Assembly (NCBI GenBank): GCA_002763085.1
Contig: PFCY01000093.1
Location: 17,697-62,087, forward strand
Reading direction: 5' to 3'
Length of the DNA stretch: 44,391 bases
Source of the DNA: Candidatus Pacearchaeota archaeon CG10_big_fil_rev_8_21_14_0_10_32_14
GTDB taxonomy: Archaea; Nanobdellota; Nanobdellia; Pacearchaeales; GW2011-AR1
Below are positions 1 to 9,619 of this stretch, piece after piece. Both the position numbers and the translations under genes were made by a program. The notes beneath the pieces are model-generated. The model was not told the origin of the DNA. It saw nothing but the letters and a program-made list of their open reading frames with translations, and did not search any database. Within the stretch, counting starts at the first letter, position 1. Each line of letters opens with the position of its first letter.

Positions 1-630
1 ATCTATAAAAATAAAATCCCTTGAAGAATCTAAATTATTTAATTGTAATTTTTTATTATTTAGAAACTGATTGATAATCATTGGGATTACAAAATCATTT
101 CTTTGACCGGGCCCGTATACATTAAATAATCTGACTATGCAATAATTAATCTCTCTTGATTTGCAAAAACCTAAAACAAAATTTTCTGATGCCAGTTTAC
201 TTGCCGCATATGGTTCAATTGGATAGGTAGTATGGTCTTCATTTACTGGGAAATATTTAGGTTCACCATAAACTCCAAGTGTGCTGATTAAAATAAATTT
301 TGATTTGTTGTTAATATTTGATAAAAGATTTATTGTTCCTAACACATTTTCATTGAAAGCTAACTTTGGATTTTCAGAACATTTTTTCAAATCAGTTAAA
401 GCTGCAAGATGATAAATGATATCATACTTATCCAATTTTAAATTTGGATCATTTATATCACCAATTAATATTTCTATTTTATCTTTTATGAATTTCAGTC
501 TTCTCAAATTATTATTTTTTACTAAAACTGAAACTGAATAATTTTTATCAATTAATGCTTTTGTTAAATAAGATCCTATAAACCCGTCTGCTCCGGTTAT
601 AAGGACTTTTTTATGTTGAATCGTCATCAT
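1..630 (-). CDS. NAD-dependent epimerase/dehydratase (extended SDR), partial; C-terminus runs off the window
   Basis: Manual minus-strand translation from ATG at 630: MMTIQHKKVLITGADGFIGSYL (GxxGxxG Rossmann), later PYAASKLASE (YxxxK) and VYGPGQ. Open to position 1. Its start overlaps the stop of the upstream gene. It is missing from the ORF track because it has no stop. Confidence 0.85.
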   Translation of the reverse strand, partial: MMTIQHKKVLITGADGFIGSYLTKALIDKNYSVSVLVKNNNLRRLKFIKDKIEILIGDINDPNLKLDKYDIIYHLAALTDLKKCSENPKLAFNENVLGTINLLSNINNKSKFILISTLGVYGEPKYFPVNEDHTTYPIEPYAASKLASENFVLGFCKSREINYCIVRLFNVYGPGQRNDFVIPMIINQFLNNKKLQLNNLDSSRDFIFID

Positions 631-1324
631 TTATTATATCAAATTTATCTATATCTTTCTGAGCCTGGCGATAATTATTGATTTGTCCAATATCTAGCCA
701 GTAGTCATCAAATTTATATTTTAAAACTCTTTTATTATTAAGCAATAATTTTTTTATCAAATCAGTCATATTATAAAATCCCTCAGGAATATCATTTATT
801 GTATTTGGACTCATAAAATAAATTCCAGCATTTATCTCGGCACCTAAAGATGGTTTCTCATTTACACCATGAACAAAAATATTGTCATTTGATTCTATTA
901 TTCCATAATGAAAAGGGATCTGCATTAATTTTGTTGCTACAGTTAAGTCTGCATTATGATGATTATGTAAATCCCTTAAAGTGCCAAAATTTAATGTCGT
1001 CAAAATATCTCCGTTTATGACCAAGAACGGTTCTGTAAGTTTTTCAGAAATTAACTTTATAGGTCCGGCAGTTCCTAAAGGGCTTACCTCCTTTGACAAA
1101 GTGATTTTCATTTCATTAAAGTAGCCGTCCTTAAAATAATTTTCAAAAAGATGAGATTTATAATTAGTCAGAATGAACGCTTCATCAAATCCATGACTTT
1201 TGAGACGTGTCAGCATTATTTCTATTATAGATTTCTCTCCGACAGGTAGAAGAGGTTTTGGTAGTATAGATGTCAAAGGTTTTAATCTTGTTCCCAAACC
1301 GCCAGCCAAAATGACTGCTTTCAT
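611..1324 (-). CDS. Sugar-1-phosphate nucleotidyltransferase (RmlA/GlmU-N type NTP_transferase)
   Basis: N-terminus MKAVILAGGLGTRLKPLT...PKPLLPV is the canonical G-x-G-T-R-L nucleotidyltransferase signature. The 237 aa length fits. Confidence 0.9.
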   Translation of the reverse strand: MKAVILAGGLGTRLKPLTSILPKPLLPVGEKSIIEIMLTRLKSHGFDEAFILTNYKSHLFENYFKDGYFNEMKITLSKEVSPLGTAGPIKLISEKLTEPFLVINGDILTTLNFGTLRDLHNHHNADLTVATKLMQIPFHYGIIESNDNIFVHGVNEKPSLGAEINAGIYFMSPNTINDIPEGFYNMTDLIKKLLLNNKRVLKYKFDDYWLDIGQINNYRQAQKDIDKFDIINDDDST

Positions 1325-1460
1325 AATTTAATCTCCTTTGTCTTTCCAAAAATGTAAACTCTTTTCATCTTAATCAAAACTAGGTCAATAAATTCATATA
1401 TAAATTTTGCTAAGATAAAATATCTAGTTCAAAAACAATTCATTTATATAATCCTCTATA

Positions 1461-1472
1461 AATTTAAAAATT
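1461..1472 (+). promoter_or_regulatory. TATA box for the 1492 gene
   Basis: AATTTAAAAATT, centre ~26 nt upstream of the ATG. Confidence 0.45.
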
Positions 1473-1491
1473 AGATAAACATAAGATTTTT

Positions 1492-2817
1492 ATGGGTGTT
1501 GAAAAAATTGAATCTCTAAACAAATCACCATCAAAAAAAGGCGAATATTTATTTTGGACAATTTTTATTATAATTTTATTAATTCTGATTTATTTGCCAA
1601 TCCATTATTCTAAAAACTTCTGGGAAAATCTCCTTTCGGTAAATAAATTAAATCCATCATATTCTAAAGTTGTTCTAATTTTTCAGATTGTTTGTTATAC
1701 ATTAGTAATACTTATAATTATTTTTAGAAAAAATATTTACCGATACAAAAAAGAAATTTTGTTATTATCAATATCAGCTTTATTGTGTTTATTATTAATT
1801 GAATTAGGAAGCAGGTATTATGTTTGCAATATAGCCAGCTCAAATGTTCAATCAAATATTTTATTTTATAGTGAATTTAATGATTGTCATCTAAAATCAA
1901 GATACTCAACACATCCATATCTGAATGATTATGGCACCCCAAATTTCTCAACTTCGGATGATGTTGATATGCATAATTCATTAGGATTTAGAGGACCTGA
2001 AATTGATATCCCCAAACCCGATGAGAGATATAGGATTGTGATATTGGGAGGATCATCTGCATATGAATCTGGTGTTGAATCATGGAAAGATGACTTTGCG
2101 AGACAATTACAAAAATATTTAAGACAATTATACAACAACGAAAATATTGAAGTTATTAACGGAGCTCTCCCAGGTTACACTTCATATGAAGATTTAATAA
2201 ATTTAGAATTCAGAGTTCTAGATTTAGAACCCGATATGATAATTCCATATGAAAGCGTAAATGACGTACACGCTAGATTTGTTGAATCATCTAGTTTTAC
2301 TGGAGATAATACTGGATTTAGGAAGCAGTGGAGTTCTCCCAAAATTCCGATAATTATTCGTCCAATGTTTATCAGATTAATTATAGGAAACCCAATTGGA
2401 ATTGGACATTTTATCAATGCGCCGACCTATAAAATTAAAGATACCGACGAAGAAAATCTTGCAACACTAGAACAAAATCCTCCGATTTATTTTAAAAGAA
2501 ATGTGGAGAATATGATAGCACTTTCAAAATATAGGAATGTGTCCGTCCTTCTTTCAACATGGGCGTACACTAATGACTTCAATGACTCATCATCAAAAAT
2601 TTATTACGAAAAAGGATTTCAAGAAAATAATGAAGTTGTAAAGACTGTTGGAATAGAAAACGATGTTTTGGTTTATGACCATGAATTAGAAATGCCAAAA
2701 GATAAAATCTACTGGGATGATGGAAGACATGTTAATGAAAAAGGCGCAGACATCAAAGGAAGATTATTCGCAGAATATATTTATAAGAATGATTTATTAA
2801 ATATAAACAAATCTTAA
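1492..2817 (+). CDS. Membrane-anchored SGNH/GDSL-type hydrolase (possible glycan O-acyl esterase/acyltransferase partner)
   Basis: About 3 N-terminal TM helices. Block I-like IVILGGSSAYESG, SVND (block III-like) and WDDGRHVNEKG (DxxH block V). Confidence 0.6.
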   Translation: MGVEKIESLNKSPSKKGEYLFWTIFIIILLILIYLPIHYSKNFWENLLSVNKLNPSYSKVVLIFQIVCYTLVILIIIFRKNIYRYKKEILLLSISALLCLLLIELGSRYYVCNIASSNVQSNILFYSEFNDCHLKSRYSTHPYLNDYGTPNFSTSDDVDMHNSLGFRGPEIDIPKPDERYRIVILGGSSAYESGVESWKDDFARQLQKYLRQLYNNENIEVINGALPGYTSYEDLINLEFRVLDLEPDMIIPYESVNDVHARFVESSSFTGDNTGFRKQWSSPKIPIIIRPMFIRLIIGNPIGIGHFINAPTYKIKDTDEENLATLEQNPPIYFKRNVENMIALSKYRNVSVLLSTWAYTNDFNDSSSKIYYEKGFQENNEVVKTVGIENDVLVYDHELEMPKDKIYWDDGRHVNEKGADIKGRLFAEYIYKNDLLNINKS

Positions 2818-2824
2818 TATTAAA

Positions 2825-4036
2825 ATGAAAATCGCTCACGTTTCAATGTTTTATTTGCCAACAGTAGGGGGAGTTGAAAAAGTTATTGAAGAATTGGCTT
2901 TAAGACAAATTAAAGACGGTCACGAAGTCCACGTTTTTTGTTGCGATTCCGATAAATACAAAAGAATAACTCCTCTAGACGAAGAAATTAACAAAGTAAA
3001 AGTTCATAGAATTCCTTACAAATTAAGACTTTCTCTTAATACGCATTTATTCCCTTCATTACCTGCCAGATTTAAGGAAGTTAACAAAGAAATCGGAGGT
3101 TTTGATATCGTTCATACTCACGTCTCTGGGCATCTTTATGTTTATCAAACTGGTAAATTTTGTAAAGAATTAAATATAAAACACATTCACACAACGCACT
3201 GTCCATGGACAGGAATGGAATTTCGCCCCTGGATTTTACGCCCTTTTTTATATATGAATGATTTTTTCTTCAATAAACAATCTTTCAAAAGAATAGACAA
3301 GATAATCCCTATCACTCCATGGGAAGTTGATACATTAAAAAAATTCGTTCCAGAGAGCGAGACCCCCAAAATTAATATCATCCCCAATGGAATGGATAAA
3401 ATTTATTTCAAAAAGGTCTCAAAAAATAATTTCAGAAAAGTTAACGGTGTTAAAGAAAAATATCTCGTTTTATTTTTTGGAAGATTAAATCCAACTAAAG
3501 GCCCTGAAAAACTCGCTCAAGTTGCAGTCAATATTTCTAAAAATAGAAAGGACATCGCATTTATTTTTGCAGGTCCGGATGAGGGAAAAGAGACTGAAGT
3601 TAGAGAAATAGTCAAAGATTATCCGAACATAAAATTAATAGGAGCATTAAGCGGGAAAGACAAAATAGCTTGTATGTATCAGGCCAGTGATATTTACGTA
3701 TTGCCTAGCTTCAGGGAAGGCCTGCCTTTGACTTTATTTGAAGCAATGGCTTCTGGACTGCCTATTATTGCATCGCCAGTCAACGGCATTCCGTATGAGA
3801 TGCAAGAGTACTCTGAACAAAATAAAACCGGAAACGGATTCTTTTCAAATTACGGAGATCTCGATTCGCTCGAGAAAAATATCTTGAATCTAATTGAAAA
3901 TCCCAAAATCAGACAGACAATTTCAAAAAACAACATAAAAAAATCAAAAGCCTATGATTGGGATCTTATTTACAAAAAGTATATGGATGAGTATAAACAA
4001 TTGGTAGATAAAAATGAAAAGAGTTCTAATAATTAA
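2825..4036 (+). CDS. Glycosyltransferase family 4 (GT-B, GT1/GT4 clan)
   Basis: C-terminal E-x7-E region: SFREGLPLTLFEAMASGLPIIASPVNGIPYE. N-terminal HVSMFYLPTVGGVEK. Confidence 0.9.
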   Translation: MKIAHVSMFYLPTVGGVEKVIEELALRQIKDGHEVHVFCCDSDKYKRITPLDEEINKVKVHRIPYKLRLSLNTHLFPSLPARFKEVNKEIGGFDIVHTHVSGHLYVYQTGKFCKELNIKHIHTTHCPWTGMEFRPWILRPFLYMNDFFFNKQSFKRIDKIIPITPWEVDTLKKFVPESETPKINIIPNGMDKIYFKKVSKNNFRKVNGVKEKYLVLFFGRLNPTKGPEKLAQVAVNISKNRKDIAFIFAGPDEGKETEVREIVKDYPNIKLIGALSGKDKIACMYQASDIYVLPSFREGLPLTLFEAMASGLPIIASPVNGIPYEMQEYSEQNKTGNGFFSNYGDLDSLEKNILNLIENPKIRQTISKNNIKKSKAYDWDLIYKKYMDEYKQLVDKNEKSSNN

Positions 4037-4910
4037 ATTGGGTGCTCTAGGCGATGTTGTAAGAAGCACAATATTTATCTCCGAGTTTGAAAAAGACTAT
4101 GAAATACATTGGCTTACAAGCCAAAAATCTAAAGACGTCTTATCTTCACAAAAAATAAAAAGACTTTACTTTTACGAAAATGATAACGACAAATCGCAAC
4201 TAAAAAACACAGAATTCGACCTAGTTCTTTGCCTTGAAGAAGATTTGCAATTACTTGAATATGTTTCTAAAATAAAATCGCAAAAGACAATAGGCCACTT
4301 CCTAAATAACGGTAAAGTAGATTACACGCAAGAATGCAACTACTGGCTCGATATGTCTTTTGTTTCAAAAATTCACGATAAAGAAACAGCCGATAAAATA
4401 AAGTTACAAAATAAAAAATCAGTAAATCAAATATGGATGGAAATGATTTCTGGCAAAGATGGATGGAAATCTCAAGAATACGACATAGGAACAACTCCAA
4501 AAAATATAAATGGTGTAATAGGATTCATAGATATCTCAGAGAGCAAATGGCCCAATAAATTTTGGACAGGTTATCCTGATTTAAAACAAAAACTTGAAGC
4601 GGACGGTTACCAGGTAATCTCTTTAGGAATGAAGCAAACTGTTAAAGAACATATTGAAGACATAAACAATTGCGAACTAGTAGTTTGTGGCGACACTTCT
4701 GGAATGCATATTGCCCTTGCATTAGGCAAAAAAGTTGTAGCCATATTTAATTGCACCCCCCCTAATGAAATTTACGATTACGGCAGAATGAAAAAAATAA
4801 TTTCTCCTCTTTTAGAAAAATATTTTCTTAAACGGACAAATGACTTAGAGGCTCAAAGCAAAGTAAGTATAAATGAAGTATACGGCGTTATAAAAAAACT
4901 AATAAACTAA
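4014..4910 (+). CDS. Glycosyltransferase family 9 (ADP-heptose:acceptor heptosyltransferase-like)
   Basis: MKRVLIIKLGALGDVVRS at the N-terminus and LVVCGDTSGMHIALALGKKVVAIF near the C-terminus are the two GT9 hallmarks. Overlaps the upstream GT4 by 23 nt. Confidence 0.8.
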   Translation: MKRVLIIKLGALGDVVRSTIFISEFEKDYEIHWLTSQKSKDVLSSQKIKRLYFYENDNDKSQLKNTEFDLVLCLEEDLQLLEYVSKIKSQKTIGHFLNNGKVDYTQECNYWLDMSFVSKIHDKETADKIKLQNKKSVNQIWMEMISGKDGWKSQEYDIGTTPKNINGVIGFIDISESKWPNKFWTGYPDLKQKLEADGYQVISLGMKQTVKEHIEDINNCELVVCGDTSGMHIALALGKKVVAIFNCTPPNEIYDYGRMKKIISPLLEKYFLKRTNDLEAQSKVSINEVYGVIKKLIN

Positions 4911-5128
4911 TTACCTCTTTTTTTCCTAAAGTATAAAAAAACCGTCACAAAAAATAAGAAAGTTATTAAGAATCCAAGAAAGCTTGCATTTACCTTGCTA
5001 GCCGTGGAAATAACATAACCTGTTAAGTTTGTAGTAACCGCTAAATAACCTAAATACACAAGTCCAAACACCAAAATTGCAAATAAAAGTATACTTAAGC
5101 TCGTTAAAGAACTATCTTCATCACCCAT
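4907..5128 (-). CDS. Small two-TM membrane protein, hypothetical
   Basis: 73 aa ORF with two hydrophobic helices, NLT and NAS sequons and a basic C-terminus (RKKRGN). No homology recognised. Confidence 0.35.
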   Translation of the reverse strand: MGDEDSSLTSLSILLFAILVFGLVYLGYLAVTTNLTGYVISTASKVNASFLGFLITFLFFVTVFLYFRKKRGN

Positions 5129-5219
5129 TTTTTCACCCTGTGTGTAAAATTAGATTTATATTCTTTTTAAATTTATAGTTAATACTATTTAGTGACTATG
5201 CATTTTTCCTTTGGTTTTA

Positions 5220-5717
5220 TCAATTAGAATAATCTCTGCTATGTCTTGATAATATCTCATTTATTATATTTGTCGTCGAAAATCCTTCCTCAAGTTCAAA
5301 TGTTTTATATATTCCGCTCCATCTTTCAACAAAGATTTTCTCCTCATTTATTCTATCCTTATCCCACGACCCCCCCTTAACATGAATATGACCTTTAATC
5401 CGTTCTAAATAATCAAGCGGTTTATCCTCATCAAATATTACAACGTAATCAACGCACTCGAGTGAAGCAACCATACGTGCTCTCTCAATTTCAGGAATTA
5501 TTGGTCTTGTCAAGCCCTTATATCTTTGAATTGACCCGTCGCTATTCATAAGAACTACTAAAATATCACCTTCATCTTTAGCTCTCTCCAGCAAATTGAC
5601 ATGTGCGCAATGCAAAATATCAAAACTTCCGTTTGTAGTGACTATTATCTTTCCATCGTATTTATGCATCTTGACAAGCTGTTCCACCTCCTCGATTGAT
5701 TTTACCTTATTTCTCAT
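5220..5717 (-). CDS. hldC: D-beta-D-heptose-1-phosphate adenylyltransferase (stand-alone HldE domain II / RfaE2-like cytidylyltransferase fold)
   Basis: TNGSFDILHCAHVNLLERAK..LVVLMNSD.SIQRYKG..RPIIPE..R..MVASLECVDYVVIFDEDKP...HVKGG...GFSTTNIINEI aligns motif for motif with my recollection of E. coli HldE residues ~340-477. TGA stop is followed immediately by TAA. Confidence 0.85.
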   Translation of the reverse strand: MRNKVKSIEEVEQLVKMHKYDGKIIVTTNGSFDILHCAHVNLLERAKDEGDILVVLMNSDGSIQRYKGLTRPIIPEIERARMVASLECVDYVVIFDEDKPLDYLERIKGHIHVKGGSWDKDRINEEKIFVERWSGIYKTFELEEGFSTTNIINEILSRHSRDYSN

Positions 5718-5774
5718 CGATAGGTTTGTTCCGTTAACTATTTAAATATTTTATTTAGGAAATGTATATATCAA

Positions 5775-6707
5775 ATGTCCAAAAATACAATAATTATTAC
5801 TTCATTCAAAGAACCACATACCATTGGAAAAGCGATTCAATCTTTTTTAGATCAAAATATTCTTCAGGAAGATTTAAAGAAAAAAAAGAAAGATTTTGAA
5901 ATAATAGTTTCCGCTCCCGATAAAGAAACATTAGATGTTGCAAGTAAAATTTCAAAAAAAGATAAACGCGTAATACCTTTTCAAGATCCAGGTAAAGGAA
6001 AAATGTTTGCATTGAATATGCTGTTCAAAAAATTAAAAAATAAATCTGAAATTTTAATATTGAGTGATGGAGATGTTTATGTTGGAGAAAATTCTCTTAA
6101 GTTCATCTTAGAACAATTTAAAGATGAAAAAGTTGGTTGTGTAACCGGCAGGCCAGTTTCTTTAGATTCAAGAGATAATATGCTCGGTTACTGGAGTCAT
6201 TTGCTTTGCGACGCTGGCGCGCATAAGGCAAGGCTCAAACGGCACAATTCTGGAAGCATGGTTGAGTGCTCTGGATACTACTGGGCATTTAGAAATAATG
6301 TAGTTGAAGAATTCCCTCTCGATGTTCCTGAAGATGCAATAATCCCATATTATTTTTGGCAAAAAGATTTCAAGGTGACCTACGCGCAGGAAGCAAAAGT
6401 TTATGTTTCATACCCAAAAAATTTACACGATTTTATAGATCAGAAAAAAAGAACTTCTAAAGCCCACGTCCAAATGGGTAAATACGTCGATTTCTCTAAA
6501 TATCCAAAAACAAAAACGTTCAAAAATGAATTCTTTGAATCTTACAGAGCATTTTTTTATCCAAGATCGCTTAAAGAAGTCTATTGGACAATTTTATTAT
6601 TCCCTGCAAAACTATATGTTTGGCTTTTAGTCTATTATCAACTCAGAGTCATGAAAAAAGAACACAAAGACGGTTGGCAAGTGACGAAGAGCACAAAGGT
6701 ATTCTAA
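5775..6707 (+). CDS. Glycosyltransferase family 2
   Basis: IIITSFKEPHTIGKAIQSFLDQ N-terminal GT-A motif, ILSDGDVYV (DxD). C-terminal TM segment. Confidence 0.8.
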   Translation: MSKNTIIITSFKEPHTIGKAIQSFLDQNILQEDLKKKKKDFEIIVSAPDKETLDVASKISKKDKRVIPFQDPGKGKMFALNMLFKKLKNKSEILILSDGDVYVGENSLKFILEQFKDEKVGCVTGRPVSLDSRDNMLGYWSHLLCDAGAHKARLKRHNSGSMVECSGYYWAFRNNVVEEFPLDVPEDAIIPYYFWQKDFKVTYAQEAKVYVSYPKNLHDFIDQKKRTSKAHVQMGKYVDFSKYPKTKTFKNEFFESYRAFFYPRSLKEVYWTILLFPAKLYVWLLVYYQLRVMKKEHKDGWQVTKSTKVF

Positions 6708-6768
6708 ATTGTATATCCTAACTTCATAATCTTTTTAAAGAATTTATTGTCTAACTAAGAATAAAGAG

Positions 6769-8565
6769 ATGGCGAAAAAGAGATTATTACTTGGTGCGGC
6801 TTATTCCGTTATCGAACCATTAGGTTTACTGCATTTGGCAGGTCTAGCAAGAGATTTAGATTGGGATAGAAAAATTCATCTCGTTAAAGATCATAACTTT
6901 GATTCGTTCTTCGATGCAGTAGAAGATTTCAAGCCTGACGTTGTTGGTTTCAATGTTTACACTGGAAATCATCTCCAGCTTTATGACGCATTTGAGCGAT
7001 TAAAAAAAGATCATCCAAACATTCAAACTATTCTTGGTGGTCCTCACGCAACGTATTTTCCAGTTCACGCTAGCGAACACGCAGACTACGTCGTAATGAG
7101 TGAAGGTTTCAATGCGTTAAGAAATATTCTCGATGGTCAAGCCCAAAAAGGAATTATGCCCATGGCAAAATCTGAACCATTTCCATTTCCAGACAGAGAA
7201 ACACTATATGCAGATTATTCCGAACATTCAAAATCTAGAATTAAAAGTTTAATCACTATGACTGGCTGCCCTTACAAATGCACATATTGTTATAATTCTT
7301 CAACTCCTGCCGACATTAATGTAACGCCAGAAATTGCAAAACAAATTGCGGCAACAATGGGTTCTTCTGGAAGACTTTTCCCCCACAACGTCCGTTCAAT
7401 TGACGATGTAATCAAAGAAGGAATCGAAATCGCACATAAATGGCCAACAGAGGTAATCTACTTCCAAGACGACGTCTTCGGTTTTGATATTCATCAATGG
7501 CTCCCTCAATTCAAGGAGCATTGGCCTAAGGAAGTGGGAATTCCTTACCATTCTCAAATGCGTTTTGAAATGATAGTAAACGAATCAGGACAAAAAAGAT
7601 TAGATTTAGTTAGAGAAAGCGGTGGATTTGGAATGACTCTCGCCATTGAAGCAGCAGATTATACCATCAGAGACGAAGTTTTAGATAGAAAAATGAAAGA
7701 AGAAATAATTTTTCAAGGAATGCAAAACGTATCAGACCGAGATTTCAAAATCAGAACTGAACAAATTACCGGCCTGCCTTACGGAGCAACTTCTAAGCAA
7801 ACAGCAATGAATCTCGATGCGGATTTGGGCTTAGTTGAATTAAACCTTAGACTCCGTCATGAAACCGGCCTTCCAACAATGGCTTGGGGTTCAACCTTTG
7901 CCCCTTACGCTGGAACAAAACTGGGAATATATTCAAAAGAATTTGGTCACTATCCAAAACTTGAAGATAACAGCGACGTCCCAGACACATTTTTTGACAG
8001 AAGTGTTCTTCGTTTCCCTAATCAATGGTACGGACCTAATTTAATCAATATTAAAGGTAACCATGACGTTTGGCTTGAAGGGGACGAACTTGAGAGATAC
8101 AGAAATCAAAACGCGGAATTAAGAAGAATTTTCAATTTTGTTACCTTAGTTCCACACGGAGAAAAACTAGCAAAAACTTATCTTGAAAGCAACGAACCTT
8201 ATAGTTTTGAAAGACTTGGTAGGGACACAATGACTCACTTAAAATCAATAGCACCTTCAAACCAGCAAGCCATAGAACTTCTCGAATCAATCCATTCTCT
8301 AAACTCAAAAGTTTTTTCTCTCGATGGAAATTTTAAGCACGTTCAAGACCTCGTTCCTTACTTCGGCATCCTTCCAAAGGGCAAACTAGCTCTTGACAGA
8401 TTCTTAGAATATGGAGCAAGAAAAGGTTTCAGCGCATCAACACTCTCAACCGCAACAAGACATCATTTATACGATAACGTTCTTTATGACACAGGAAAAA
8501 GCAGTTATAACCGAGTCTTCCCTTCTCCCTTTGAAGAGGCAAGACAATCAAATTTGAAGATATAA
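6769..8565 (+). CDS. B12-binding-domain radical SAM enzyme (class B radical SAM, substrate unknown)
   Basis: N-terminal cobalamin-binding-like Rossmann region (LLGAAYSV...DVVGFNVYTGN...ILGGPHATYFP) followed by TGCPYKCTYCYN (CxxxCxxC). Confidence 0.85.
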   Translation: MAKKRLLLGAAYSVIEPLGLLHLAGLARDLDWDRKIHLVKDHNFDSFFDAVEDFKPDVVGFNVYTGNHLQLYDAFERLKKDHPNIQTILGGPHATYFPVHASEHADYVVMSEGFNALRNILDGQAQKGIMPMAKSEPFPFPDRETLYADYSEHSKSRIKSLITMTGCPYKCTYCYNSSTPADINVTPEIAKQIAATMGSSGRLFPHNVRSIDDVIKEGIEIAHKWPTEVIYFQDDVFGFDIHQWLPQFKEHWPKEVGIPYHSQMRFEMIVNESGQKRLDLVRESGGFGMTLAIEAADYTIRDEVLDRKMKEEIIFQGMQNVSDRDFKIRTEQITGLPYGATSKQTAMNLDADLGLVELNLRLRHETGLPTMAWGSTFAPYAGTKLGIYSKEFGHYPKLEDNSDVPDTFFDRSVLRFPNQWYGPNLINIKGNHDVWLEGDELERYRNQNAELRRIFNFVTLVPHGEKLAKTYLESNEPYSFERLGRDTMTHLKSIAPSNQQAIELLESIHSLNSKVFSLDGNFKHVQDLVPYFGILPKGKLALDRFLEYGARKGFSASTLSTATRHHLYDNVLYDTGKSSYNRVFPSPFEEARQSNLKI

Positions 8566-8569
8566 GAAT

Positions 8570-8579
8570 CTTTATATAG
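8570..8579 (+). promoter_or_regulatory. TATA box for the metzincin gene
   Basis: CTTTATATAG, centre ~30 nt upstream of ATG 8604. Confidence 0.45.
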
Positions 8580-8603
8580 TAGTCATCGTAAAGTGATTAC
8601 TAT

Positions 8604-9461
8604 ATGAAGAACACTTTAAACCATAATCTTGTGATTATCTATATTGCAGTTTCCTTATTTGCAATTTTTTTTCTGTTTTATCAAGTAATTCAAGATGATT
8701 ATAATTTATCTATCTCAAAGCGATTAAGCACAAATAAAAATTTTTCATTACCGTCAGTCGTTCAAGAGTTTAATCAAAAGCAATATAAAGTTTATGTTAA
8801 AGACTTGCCATATAAAATTGATCCAGAATATAAAAAATCAGTTGACGAGGCAGTTTCTTATTGGGAACAAAAAGAAAATGTTGATTTCGTTTATACGGAT
8901 GAAGAAGAAAACGCTGATTTGATCATTTATTGGGCTAAAGATTTCAGCGTCGGGCATGTCGGTTATGCTTATGAAAATTTAATAGAAATTGGACTTGGAG
9001 ATAGTTATTGTTACAATGACTGGAGACCTTACTCGTATGAATACGTCACTCAAAATATGAAACACGAATTCGGACATTTTTTAGGCTACGAACATTCACA
9101 GGATGAAAACGACATAATGTACTTTCAATCAAAACAAGAATATGATTATACTCTCAATGAATCCGATGTCTTACCTTCGGGATATTATCAATATTATGGA
9201 GTTTGCACATTATACGAAAACACAAAATTATCCATCATAGTTTCATCAGATAAAAATATCGATGTATTGATTGTTCCTTCATATGAAGACTATGAACTGA
9301 TGATCGACGGAAAAAAATATGATTCATACGAAAAATGTTCTTCATCTGATATAAATAATTATTCTCTAATATGTAATGTAAGTGATGAATCAGGCATAGT
9401 TATAATCAATAAATCTAAAGATAATGTGAATTTTTCTATTGAAGTGAGTGAAGAGTATTGA
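8604..9461 (+). CDS. Membrane-anchored metzincin (matrixin-like) zinc metallopeptidase
   Basis: HEFGHFLGYEHS = HExxHxxGxxH, followed by a Met-turn candidate (DIMYF). N-terminal TM anchor. Confidence 0.75.
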   Translation: MKNTLNHNLVIIYIAVSLFAIFFLFYQVIQDDYNLSISKRLSTNKNFSLPSVVQEFNQKQYKVYVKDLPYKIDPEYKKSVDEAVSYWEQKENVDFVYTDEEENADLIIYWAKDFSVGHVGYAYENLIEIGLGDSYCYNDWRPYSYEYVTQNMKHEFGHFLGYEHSQDENDIMYFQSKQEYDYTLNESDVLPSGYYQYYGVCTLYENTKLSIIVSSDKNIDVLIVPSYEDYELMIDGKKYDSYEKCSSSDINNYSLICNVSDESGIVIINKSKDNVNFSIEVSEEY

Positions 9462-9595
9462 ACATATGAATTATTTTCTTTATTGAATAATTATCACGAT
9501 CTATCTTATAATAAAAGGAAATTTGAAAAAGTTTTAATAATGGTGTATATACTAACACAATAAAATTTATTTACTCGATTGTGTTAAATCAACGA

Positions 9596-9619
9596 CCCAG
9601 TCGCAGCAGAGCTGCGGGG
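9596..9619. other. GC-rich hairpin CCC-agt-CGCAGC-AGA-GCTGCG-GGG in the 379-bp spacer
   Basis: A 6-bp all-G/C-rich stem plus a 3-bp extension stands out in an otherwise ~20% GC spacer. Confidence 0.5.

Noticed and set aside
1929-2417. Antisense ORFs 1929-2138 and 2175-2417 (and similar: 3187-3387, 4267-4500, 5806-6012, 6168-6362, 10757-10972, 11462-11653, 11944-12357, 13442-13657, 17316-17507, 24238-24435, 25346-25543, 25959-26174, 28220-29549, 30956-31720, 33927-34157, 34663-34902, 35209-35424, 35834-36133, 36610-36873, 37007-37219, 39050-39391, 39690-40376, 40938-41126)
   Set aside because: All lie inside, and antisense to or out of frame with, much longer ORFs that have clear family motifs. 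Their sequences are low-complexity shadows typical of AT-rich DNA.
7859-8044. Same-strand alternative-frame ORFs 7859-8044 and 12815-13054
   Set aside because: They are embedded in the radical SAM genes in a different frame, with no motifs and no promoter.
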